Shown here piece after piece: positions 9,445 to 18,084 of a DNA stretch of 64,000 nt. The DNA lies in NCBI GenBank assembly GCA_965219995.1, contig CBDCOX010000002.1:3552001-3616000 (forward strand), written 5' to 3'. The notes under the pieces were generated by a model. That model saw nothing but the letters and a program-made list of their open reading frames with translations. It had not been told where the DNA came from and made no database searches. A program made the position numbers and the translations under genes. The stretch comes from Candidatus Latescibacterota bacterium (GTDB taxonomy: Bacteria > Latescibacterota > UBA2968 > GCA-2709665). Every line of letters starts with the position of its first letter. Positions within the stretch are counted from its first letter, which is position 1.

Positions 9445-11814
9445 ATGAGACATGTAGTGGCTTTCGTGTTGGTAGTACTGGCGACAAGCCAAGCACTCGC
9501 CTTGACGAAGCAGGCCCGAATAGATTCGCTCTATCGCAAGGCAATGACTCAGATCGGCCGTGTACCACCGAAGGTAAGCATCAACGAATTTGAGCAGGTC
9601 CTGAAGCTGGACTGGGAATTTGCACCCGCGCACTATCAGATCGCAAAACAGCACATGGAAATGAACACGCCGGTCGCGCGACAGAGCGCTCGCAACGCGC
9701 TGAACGAGGCCATACGGATTGATCCGGCGAACAACGAATACCAGCTGACAATGGGTGAGTTACTCAGCAAGCAGGGATTCACGTACAATGCGGAACGACG
9801 ATTTCAAAACGTGGCGAAGGTTTACACGGGTAATGCAGAAGGTGCATACTGGGCGGGATTCTTCGCGGTACAGGAGTATCTCGCGTTGATCGATAAGAAA
9901 GAATTCGCTACTTTCGACAAATATGGCCATGTTCACGTTTTCTACTGGAAGGCTTTCGCGACAAAAGCCTTGGAACGCGCGAGGAAATTCCTGAAACAGA
10001 GCATTGAAGCGGATCCGGAATTCCGCGGCGCCTACAACATGCTGGGACTCCTGCATGTCGAGACTGGAAAACCGGAAGCGTTGGTATTGCTGTTCAAGCG
10101 TTTTCTGAGACATTTTCCGGATGACAAGGATGCATTTATGTTCTGTGGTCTGGGTTATCAGCTGCTCGGTGAAATGGACGTAGGGTATACCTATTATCGG
10201 AGAGCCATTGAACAAATGACCGTCGAGGAGCGATCCTTGATGGAGTCGGTGGACATTATTGCGTCGAAAGAAGAAACTAGACGGATCGCGCTGGACGTTA
10301 ATAGCGGTCACAATGGCGGTGCGGTTTGGACAAATGACAGTGTAGAAGACTTCTGGCGCAAGCAGGATCCCCTGTTTCTGACGGAATTCAATGAACGCAA
10401 GATGGAACACTATGGGCGGGTCGCTTACGCTAATCTCAGGTTTTCCCGCCCCTTCAAAAGCATCGGGGGGTGGCAGACTGATCGAGGGAAAGCGTTCATC
10501 AAATTCGGACGATATATGGGACGAGATGTCTTTATCAACCGGATGGTTTGGAATTATGGGAAGTTTCGTATATGGTACGAGAATGGTGATGGTCTGGACG
10601 CCTGGCGTTTTGCGCGAGGATCGAATACGGGAAAGAGTGCGAGAGAGTCGACAAAGGACTACTGGGTGTGTGTGGGTAAGAGCGCAGTAAAGATCACAAG
10701 GATGCGAGATGATCTGGGCGACTTTTATTCTGGAAAGAGTCGACGGGAACGTCTGAGGGGAACGCGGCCACACGCGCGACAGGTGTTTCAAGATACACCC
10801 CAGCGATATCTCGACCCGTATCGCGAACTGAAATACCATATGCCGCGGCAAGTCGCGGCTTTTCAGGAGGATGACAGTATTCGCGTAGAGTTTGCCTACG
10901 CGATTCCGAAGTCGCGGGTGCAGTTCAACGAGCCTGAGAGCCTTCTGGACCTGGAGGACGGGGTGTTTCTGTTCGACGAGCGGTGGGACGAGGTCTACCG
11001 CAAGAAGATGGACGTCACCATGCAGTGGCCTGAATTCGACAACGCGGCTGAAACAAAGAGCGACAGTCTGCGGCGCAACCACATGGTGTCGTACCGGACG
11101 CTGCGGGTCGCCACGCGGAAGCACCGCATTGTTGTGGAGGTCCGGGATCGCGGTACGGGATCCATAGGGACCTTCCGCGAGTTACGGATGTTCGGTTCGC
11201 ACGATTCGTTGCTGGCGATGAGCGACCTGCTGCTGGCCTCCCGGATCCGGCCGAGAACCGCGTTCCCCGAGGGTCGCGACGATCTGCTTGTCACACCCAA
11301 CCCGCTTCACACCTTCGGCCGGTCCGAGCCCGTCTTCATCTATCTCGAGATCTACAATCTCAAGAAAGACAGATTCGGCCGAACCAAATACCGAATTTCC
11401 TATCGGCTGACCCGGCCCAACCGCGAAGAGATCCATCCCGAACGGTTCGCCGCATTGGACGCACCGGGCGCCGCCAGGGTGGAGGTTCAGACCATCATCG
11501 AGGAACCTGTAATTGACAGCGAAGACGACCTCTGGCGGGATGAGATTCAAGAATCCGTTAGGTATCGTGTGAAGTACATCCTCCCGGAACGAAACCAAAT
11601 CTCCGAGGAGATCGGGAATACGCCTCGTTCAATGGAAGGCACTGAGACGACTGTCACGGCGCGATACGAGGGAGATCGGACGGATGACTTCACCTTCCTG
11701 CAGATTGAATCGAACGATACTCCCGCCGGTTTCCACAAGCTGATCGTTACCGTGAAGGATCTCTACACGGGACAAATCGCGAAACGGCACGTCGTGTTCC
11801 GGGTTGTGGCTTGA
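9445..11814 (+). CDS. Secreted TPR + GWxTD domain protein (short type A)
   Basis: Signal peptide MRHVVAFVLVVLATSQALA after GGAGG; TPRs; FWRKQDP...EHYGRVAYANLRF...GWQTDRGKAFIKFG; C-terminal beta-rich domains (VFIYLEIYNL). Confidence 0.85.
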   Translation: MRHVVAFVLVVLATSQALALTKQARIDSLYRKAMTQIGRVPPKVSINEFEQVLKLDWEFAPAHYQIAKQHMEMNTPVARQSARNALNEAIRIDPANNEYQLTMGELLSKQGFTYNAERRFQNVAKVYTGNAEGAYWAGFFAVQEYLALIDKKEFATFDKYGHVHVFYWKAFATKALERARKFLKQSIEADPEFRGAYNMLGLLHVETGKPEALVLLFKRFLRHFPDDKDAFMFCGLGYQLLGEMDVGYTYYRRAIEQMTVEERSLMESVDIIASKEETRRIALDVNSGHNGGAVWTNDSVEDFWRKQDPLFLTEFNERKMEHYGRVAYANLRFSRPFKSIGGWQTDRGKAFIKFGRYMGRDVFINRMVWNYGKFRIWYENGDGLDAWRFARGSNTGKSARESTKDYWVCVGKSAVKITRMRDDLGDFYSGKSRRERLRGTRPHARQVFQDTPQRYLDPYRELKYHMPRQVAAFQEDDSIRVEFAYAIPKSRVQFNEPESLLDLEDGVFLFDERWDEVYRKKMDVTMQWPEFDNAAETKSDSLRRNHMVSYRTLRVATRKHRIVVEVRDRGTGSIGTFRELRMFGSHDSLLAMSDLLLASRIRPRTAFPEGRDDLLVTPNPLHTFGRSEPVFIYLEIYNLKKDRFGRTKYRISYRLTRPNREEIHPERFAALDAPGAARVEVQTIIEEPVIDSEDDLWRDEIQESVRYRVKYILPERNQISEEIGNTPRSMEGTETTVTARYEGDRTDDFTFLQIESNDTPAGFHKLIVTVKDLYTGQIAKRHVVFRVVA

Positions 11815-11863
11815 AATATCCGGACTTACAGTTGTCGATTCCTTTGTAGGAGCCTGAGGACCG

Positions 11864-12913
11864 ATGCGACGATATACCCTTTTTGGATTGTGTGCACTTG
11901 GCGCGCTGGCGATTATGTGGCAATATCCGGTCGCTCAGTCCGCCCGCGATGCTGACTTCGACGCCAACGGTATTGTGGATTTCGGGGACTTCATTTTATT
12001 CGCGCAGGCCTTCGGTTCCAGTCAATCCCAATTTGACCTCGACGGCAACGGAAGCGTGGACTTTCCGGATTTCATCCTCTTCGCGAGGCGGTTTGGGGAG
12101 GGTATGCCTGAAGAGAAGATTACCGTTACGCTTCCGGGAGGCGCAAAGCTGGAGATGGTCTGGATCCAAGCGGGCAGGTTCCTGATGGGATCGCCCGTTT
12201 CAGAACCCGGGCGCCGGGATGACGAAGGTCCCCGGCATGAAGTCACGATCACACAGGGATTCTACCTGGGAAAATACGAAGTCACCCAGGCGCAGTGGCA
12301 GAGCGTGATGAATACGCGTCCGTGGGAGCGGTTGGGAGCAACCGATGAACTTGAGAAGGCAAAATACCCGGCTCGCAGCGCACGTTGGGAGTGGAAACAG
12401 TCATTCATTCAGAGATTAAACGAGTCGGAAGGACGGGATATTTTCCGCTTGCCGACGGAGGCGGAGTGGGAATACGCGTGCAGGGCAGGCACTACGACAC
12501 CATGGTTTTTCGGAGCCGACTCGAGCCGTATCGGCGATTATGCCCGCTATCGTGAGAACTCTCGGACGGCGACGGTGATGCCCGACGGCCGCACCGTCTA
12601 TGGAAGCCGGGAGCCTCAGGAGACGGGAGGCGTATTGCCGAATCCGTGGGGTCTATACGATATGTATGGAAATGTTATGGAATGGGTTCAGGATTACTGG
12701 GCCCCGTATTCAGGAGAGGCACAGATCGATCCCAAAGGGCCTCACGAGCCTGCCGAGATTGACAATGTCAATGCGGGATGGCAGGGGTCATTCCATGTTG
12801 CCAGAGGGGGCTATTTTTTCGACACCGCTCTCAGAATGCGGTCGGCGATGCGTGTTCGCGGTGCGGGTGCGAGTCACCGAATTGGGTTTCGTATGCTGAT
12901 GGAACATCGATAG
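11864..12913 (+). CDS. Secreted dockerin-like + FGE-sulfatase (SUMF1/CLec-fold) domain protein, copy 1
   Basis: Signal peptide; duplicated DFDANGIVDFGDF/DLDGNGSVDFPDF; FLMGS, KYEVTQAQW, RLPTEAEWEYACRAG, PNPWGLYDMYGNVMEW, RGG...GFR. Confidence 0.9.
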   Translation: MRRYTLFGLCALGALAIMWQYPVAQSARDADFDANGIVDFGDFILFAQAFGSSQSQFDLDGNGSVDFPDFILFARRFGEGMPEEKITVTLPGGAKLEMVWIQAGRFLMGSPVSEPGRRDDEGPRHEVTITQGFYLGKYEVTQAQWQSVMNTRPWERLGATDELEKAKYPARSARWEWKQSFIQRLNESEGRDIFRLPTEAEWEYACRAGTTTPWFFGADSSRIGDYARYRENSRTATVMPDGRTVYGSREPQETGGVLPNPWGLYDMYGNVMEWVQDYWAPYSGEAQIDPKGPHEPAEIDNVNAGWQGSFHVARGGYFFDTALRMRSAMRVRGAGASHRIGFRMLMEHR

Positions 12914-12956
12914 ATCAAGCGACAGCATCTGAGAAATGTCATCGGGGCATCCTTGA

Positions 12957-13193
12957 AATCCCCCCTCCGCATCAGCCGTCGCCGGCCCTTCTACAATCCT
13001 TCGACATTTCGACAAGCTCAATGCAGGCATGCTTAGGACAGCGGCTCAGGGATCGGATCGGGTTCTGCGACTCTCCCTCAAGGGGGGAGTGGTTCGACCG
13101 TACAACGGACGTGCGTTCAGTTCCGACTATTTGGTTGAGGCTACGTGCAGCGAAGCCACGCTCGACATCGCATATTCGAAGCCTTGACTTATA
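12957..13193. repeat. MITE-like intergenic repeat (second copy at 29638-29830)
   Basis: Shared core atcccccc(t/a)ccgcatcagcc...ttctgcgactc.ccctcaaggggggagtg plus a homologous tail. This copy carries a nested ttcgacaagctcaatg module. Confidence 0.7.
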
Positions 13194-13327
13194 TTTAAAA
13201 TTATTCTTCTTAATTGCATTGAAGGATTTCGCTTGTTGCAGCGTACCGGGGGCACTCCGAGATTCGGGACCGGCCCCATGAATCCCATGCCTTTTCGCGT
13301 TAAGCGGTCTAAAGGAGCCGTGGAGAC

Positions 13328-14359
13328 ATGAGACGGAATACGGTCACATTGATATTCGCCGTTCTGGGTGTGTTGAGTCTGAACCAACTTCTGATGGCGC
13401 AGTCTCGCGATGCTGACTTCGATGCAAACGGAATCGTGGATTTTGGGGACTTCATCCTATTCGCGCAGGCCTTCGGATCGAATCAATCTCATTTCGACCT
13501 CGACGGCAGCAAAAGCGTGGATTTCGCGGATTTCATCCTGTTTGCGAAGCGTTTCGGGGAGGGTGCGCCGGAAACGGAGATTAGGGTGACGCTGCCCGGC
13601 GGCGCAAAGCTGGAGATGGTGTGGATCCAACCTGGAAGATACCTGATGGGGTCGCCGGATTCCGAGCCCGGGCGGCGGGATGACGAAGGTCCACAACATG
13701 AAGTCACCATAACAAAGGGATTCTACCTGGGAAAATACGAACTCACGCAAGCCCAGTGGGAAAGCGTCATGAGCACCAGCCCGTGGCTTGTGGGATCGAC
13801 AACCCAGGTTCCCGGGAGAGCAAACTTTCCGGCCAATAGAATGCGCTGGCACGAAGTGCAGACATTCATACGTAAATTGAATGAAACCGAAGGAGCGGAT
13901 ATTTTCCGGTTGCCCACGGAGGCGGAGTGGGAATATGCATGCCGGGCTGGGACGACGACCCCCTGGGCGTTCGGTGCCGACACGACCCGTATCGCCGATT
14001 ACGCGCGATATTTCGGGAACTCACGCGGATCCACAATTCTGGACGACGGGCGAAGAGTCTTTGGAAGTCCTGAAGCGCAGGAAACCGGGGGCGGATTCCC
14101 GAACCCGTGGGGCCTGTACGATATGCACGGGAATGTAAGGGAACTCGTGCAGGATTACTTTGGGCCGTATTCGGAAGCGCCGCAGATCGATCCCAAAGGG
14201 CCCGACGGTCCCACTGGAAGACGCATTCCGGATGGCAGCCACGTCGAACGAGGAGGATCGAGTTTCGATCAGCCCTTTTGGATAAGGTCGGCTTCCCGTT
14301 CGGTCGGGTGGGTGCCAAACGCTTTCACCGGGTTTCGTGTGGTGATGGAACATCGATGA
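13328..14359 (+). CDS. Dockerin-like + FGE-sulfatase domain protein, copy 2
   Basis: Same architecture and motifs as copy 1. Confidence 0.9.
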   Translation: MRRNTVTLIFAVLGVLSLNQLLMAQSRDADFDANGIVDFGDFILFAQAFGSNQSHFDLDGSKSVDFADFILFAKRFGEGAPETEIRVTLPGGAKLEMVWIQPGRYLMGSPDSEPGRRDDEGPQHEVTITKGFYLGKYELTQAQWESVMSTSPWLVGSTTQVPGRANFPANRMRWHEVQTFIRKLNETEGADIFRLPTEAEWEYACRAGTTTPWAFGADTTRIADYARYFGNSRGSTILDDGRRVFGSPEAQETGGGFPNPWGLYDMHGNVRELVQDYFGPYSEAPQIDPKGPDGPTGRRIPDGSHVERGGSSFDQPFWIRSASRSVGWVPNAFTGFRVVMEHR

Positions 14360-14488
14360 ATCAAGCAACGAAAGATACAAGGTTTCATCCGGGTTGTCTG
14401 CGAAGTATAGGGGCGCTCCGAGATTTGAGTCCCTTCCCGCGATTCGGTGGCCGTTTCGGGATAAGCAGTTAAACGGAGCCGTGGAACC

Positions 14489-15520
14489 ATGAAACAAAAG
14501 TCGATCACGCTGATATTCGCCGTTGTGGGTATGCTGAGCGTGTACCAGCTTCTGATAGCACAGTCTCGAGATGCTGATTTCGACGCTAACGGAATCGTGG
14601 ATTTCGGGGATTTCATTTTGTTCGCGCAGGCCTTCGGGTCGAACCAATCCCAATTTGACCTCGACGGCAGCAAAAGCGTGGATTTCGCGGACTTTATCCT
14701 CTTTGCGAAGCAATTTGGTGAGGGTCCGCCGGAAGAGGATATTACAGTGACCCTACCTGACGGCGCAAAGCTGGAGATGGTCTGGATCCAACCCGGCAGG
14801 TTTCTCATGGGATCGCCCGATTCTGAGTCGGGTCGGTATGACGACGAGGGTCCCCAACATCAAGTCACAATTACAAAGGGATTCTACCTGGGCAAGTACG
14901 AAGTCACACGAGCGCAATGGGAGAGTGTCATGAACACACGGCCGTGGGCTTGGGCCGGCACTTTCGAAGATCCCGAGAAAGCAAAGTATCCAGCAGTCAA
15001 CATGGCGTGGCGAGCAGTTGAGACGTTCATTCGTAGATTAAACGAATCGGAAGGAAAGGAAATTTTCCGATTGCCCACGGAGGCGGAGTGGGAATACGCG
15101 TGCAGGGCCGGTACGACAACCCGCTGGTCGTTCGGAGAGGATTCGACCCGTATCGCGGATTACGCACGTTATAACGAAAACTCGCGGGCCGTGATCGTCA
15201 GAGATGACGGTAGCATAGCGTATGGAAGCCCGGAGGCACAGGAGACGGGTAGCGTCTTTCCGAACCCCTGGGGGCTATACGATATGCACGGGAACGCACG
15301 TGAGTGGGTGCAGGATTTCTATGGTCCGTATTCGGCACAGCCCCAAACTGATCCCACGGGTCCAGAGTGGCCAACCGAAGGAAACGCACCGCAAGATAGC
15401 CACGTCGAACGAGGGGGAGGCTACAACGACCGCCCCGGATCGGTACGGTCTGCTGTCCGTTATCGCGGCTTGGGGCAGAGTATCCTAACTGGTTTTCGTG
15501 TGGTGATGGAACATAGTTAA
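14489..15520 (+). CDS. Dockerin-like + FGE-sulfatase domain protein, copy 3
   Basis: Same architecture and motifs as copy 1. Confidence 0.9.
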   Translation: MKQKSITLIFAVVGMLSVYQLLIAQSRDADFDANGIVDFGDFILFAQAFGSNQSQFDLDGSKSVDFADFILFAKQFGEGPPEEDITVTLPDGAKLEMVWIQPGRFLMGSPDSESGRYDDEGPQHQVTITKGFYLGKYEVTRAQWESVMNTRPWAWAGTFEDPEKAKYPAVNMAWRAVETFIRRLNESEGKEIFRLPTEAEWEYACRAGTTTRWSFGEDSTRIADYARYNENSRAVIVRDDGSIAYGSPEAQETGSVFPNPWGLYDMHGNAREWVQDFYGPYSAQPQTDPTGPEWPTEGNAPQDSHVERGGGYNDRPGSVRSAVRYRGLGQSILTGFRVVMEHS

Positions 15521-15648
15521 ATCAAGCGATGGCGGATACGAGGTTTCTTCCGGGTTGTCTGCGACGTACAGGGGCGCTCGGAGATTCAAGTCCCGCCCGC
15601 GATTCGGTGGCCGTTTCGGGATAAGCAGTTAAACGGAGCCGTGGAACC

Positions 15649-16677
15649 ATGAAACAAAAGTCGATCACGCTGATATTCGCCGTTGTGGGTATGCTGAGCG
15701 TGTACCAGCTTCTGATAGCACAGTCTCGAGATGCTGATTTCGACGCTAACGGAATCGTGGATTTCGGGGATTTCATTTTGTTCGCGCAGGCCTTCGGGTC
15801 GAACCAATCCCAATTTGACCTCGACGGCAGCAAAAGCGTGGATTTTGCGGACTTTATCCTCTTTGCGAAGCGGTTTGGCGAGGGAATGCCGGAGGCAGAG
15901 AAGACAGTGACGCTTCCGGGAGGCGCAAAGCTGGAGATGGTGTGGATCGAACCTGGAAGGTTTCTGATGGGTTCGCCTGTTACAGAACCGGAACGAGATG
16001 ACGACGAGGGTCCCCGACATGAAGTCACGATCACCAAGGGGTTCTACCTGGGGAAGTACGAAGTCACGCAGGCACAATGGGAGAGCGTGATGAACACGCG
16101 CCCATGGACGAGGTCGGGAGCATCTGGAGATCCGAAAAAAGCCGACTTCCCTGCCTTTTTTCTCAGCTGGGAGAAAGTTGAGACGTTTGTTCGCAGATTG
16201 AACGAAACCGAAGGAAGGGACATTTTCCGATTGCCCACGGAGGCGGAGTGGGAATACGCGTGCAGGGCCGGGACAACGACTCCATGGTCGTTCGGCGACG
16301 ACTTGATTCGCGTCGGTGATTACGCACGCTATTATGAAAACTCACGAACTGCGACAGTACAGGATGACGGGCGCGTTGTCTACGGAAATCCGGAGGCGCA
16401 GGAAGCAGGGGGCGTGTTCCCAAATCCATGGGGCCTATACGATATACACGGGAACGTGCGGGAGTTGGTGCAGGATTTCTACGGGCCGTATCCGGAAACG
16501 CCGCAGACAGATCCCACGGGGCCAGAAGCACCCGTCGACGGAGGGCAACCCGAAATCAACCACGTCGTACGAGGCGGCTCCCACAACGACAGGCCACCGG
16601 GGTTGCGGTCGGCGGCACGTCTTCGCGGCGGAGCAAGCATTCGGACCGGATTCCGGGTGCTGATGGAACATCGATGA
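15649..16677 (+). CDS. Dockerin-like + FGE-sulfatase domain protein, copy 4
   Basis: Same architecture; the 5' region is near-identical to copy 3. Confidence 0.9.
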   Translation: MKQKSITLIFAVVGMLSVYQLLIAQSRDADFDANGIVDFGDFILFAQAFGSNQSQFDLDGSKSVDFADFILFAKRFGEGMPEAEKTVTLPGGAKLEMVWIEPGRFLMGSPVTEPERDDDEGPRHEVTITKGFYLGKYEVTQAQWESVMNTRPWTRSGASGDPKKADFPAFFLSWEKVETFVRRLNETEGRDIFRLPTEAEWEYACRAGTTTPWSFGDDLIRVGDYARYYENSRTATVQDDGRVVYGNPEAQEAGGVFPNPWGLYDIHGNVRELVQDFYGPYPETPQTDPTGPEAPVDGGQPEINHVVRGGSHNDRPPGLRSAARLRGGASIRTGFRVLMEHR

Positions 16678-16925
16678 ATCAAGGGAAGCGAGAATTGAAA
16701 AATCAAGGGGACATCGTTGGAATACATTGGGTGTAGCTCCTTTCGAATCAGTAAGGCGGTAGATATCACCTTTTCCAGGATTTGACTTATATTCAAAATA
16801 ACCCTTCTTAATCTACAGGAGCGATCAAGCGGTCTGCGATTAACCGTAGATCTCCTGGATTCGAGTCCCCTTGCGCGGTTCATTTGCCTATCCGGTCTTA
16901 TCGGTCTAAAGGAGCACGAAGCACG

Positions 16926-17972
16926 ATGCGACGATATATCCTTTTTGTAATGTTTGCCGTCGGCACGCTGCCAATTATGTGGCAGTATCCGGTCGCCCAG
17001 TCCGCCCGCGAAGCTGACTTCGACGCCAACGGAATCGTGGACTTCGGGGATTTCATTTTGTTCGCACAAGCGTTCGGGTCGAATCAATCCCATTTCGACC
17101 TCGACGGCAACAAGAGCGTGGATTTCGCGGATTTCATCCTCTTTGCCAAGCGCTTCGGGGAGGGTACGCCGGAAGAGGAGATTACGGTGACGCTACCGGG
17201 CGGGGCAAAGCTGGATATGGTCTGGATCCAGCCGGGACGCTTCCTGATGGGGTCGCCCGATACTGAGCTTGGCCGGGATGAGGACGAGAGTCCGCAGCAT
17301 GAAGTTACGATCACGAAGGGGTTCTACCTGGGGAAGTACGAAGTCAAGCAGGCGCAGTGGCAGAGCGTGATGAACACGCGTCCCTGGACTACATTTGACT
17401 CGCGGGAAGATCCCAGAAAGGCGAAATTTCCCGCTTATAATATGCGTTGGAGGGACGTCCATACGTTTCTCCTTAGGTTAAACGAAGCAGAAGGAGGGGA
17501 TATTTTTCGTTTGCCCACGGAGGCGGAGTGGGAATTTGCGTGCAGGGCTGGCACAACAACGCCATGGTCATTTGGTGTCGACTCCAGTCAGGTCGGCAGT
17601 TACGCGCGCTATTACGAGAACTCGCGCAGTGCAACTGTTCTGGAGAACGGGATTGTCTCGTACGGAAACCCGGAGCCCCAGGAAACAGGCGGCGTTTTTG
17701 CGAATCCGTGGGGTCTTTACGACATGCACGGAAACGTCTGGGAATGGGTGCAGGATGTCTACGGTCCGTATTCGGGAGAGCCGCTGACCGATCCCACAGG
17801 ACCTGATCAACCCACGCCCATGGAATTGGCCGGTTTCGCATTTCCTGGTGAATATATGGTTATCAAGGGCGGGGCGTACGTGGACGACGTCCTTGAAGTG
17901 CGGTCCGCTGTACGTACTAAGGGCTTGAGACGAAGTCGTACCGGATTTCGCGTGTTGATGGAGCGCCGATGA
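16926..17972 (+). CDS. Dockerin-like + FGE-sulfatase domain protein, copy 5
   Basis: Same architecture. ATG 16926 follows AAGGAG, and the signal peptide resembles copy 1. Confidence 0.9.
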   Translation: MRRYILFVMFAVGTLPIMWQYPVAQSAREADFDANGIVDFGDFILFAQAFGSNQSHFDLDGNKSVDFADFILFAKRFGEGTPEEEITVTLPGGAKLDMVWIQPGRFLMGSPDTELGRDEDESPQHEVTITKGFYLGKYEVKQAQWQSVMNTRPWTTFDSREDPRKAKFPAYNMRWRDVHTFLLRLNEAEGGDIFRLPTEAEWEFACRAGTTTPWSFGVDSSQVGSYARYYENSRSATVLENGIVSYGNPEPQETGGVFANPWGLYDMHGNVWEWVQDVYGPYSGEPLTDPTGPDQPTPMELAGFAFPGEYMVIKGGAYVDDVLEVRSAVRTKGLRRSRTGFRVLMERR

Positions 17973-18084
17973 AAACTCCGCAGAGGGATCAGCGGACATT
18001 CAATAGCCGTTTTTCAGGGGGCGACGTCCTGGAGCATTGTGCTTCAGGATGCTTTCTTCGTATGCTGCCGCCGGGATAGGACAA

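Noticed and set aside
13184-13214. Sigma70 promoter at ttgacttatatt..aaa...cttcttaat (also 16782-16812)
   Set aside because: Conserved before FGE copies 2 and 5, but there is no good -10 at 16-18 nt spacing and it abuts a repeat end; not called.
11864-17972. Complete diversity-generating retroelement
   Set aside because: No reverse transcriptase, Avd or non-coding template repeat was found in the window, and differences among copies include indels. A remote DGR is not excluded.
11864-17972. True formylglycine-generating enzymes
   Set aside because: The catalytic CxxxxC cysteines are absent and no sulfatase gene is adjacent.
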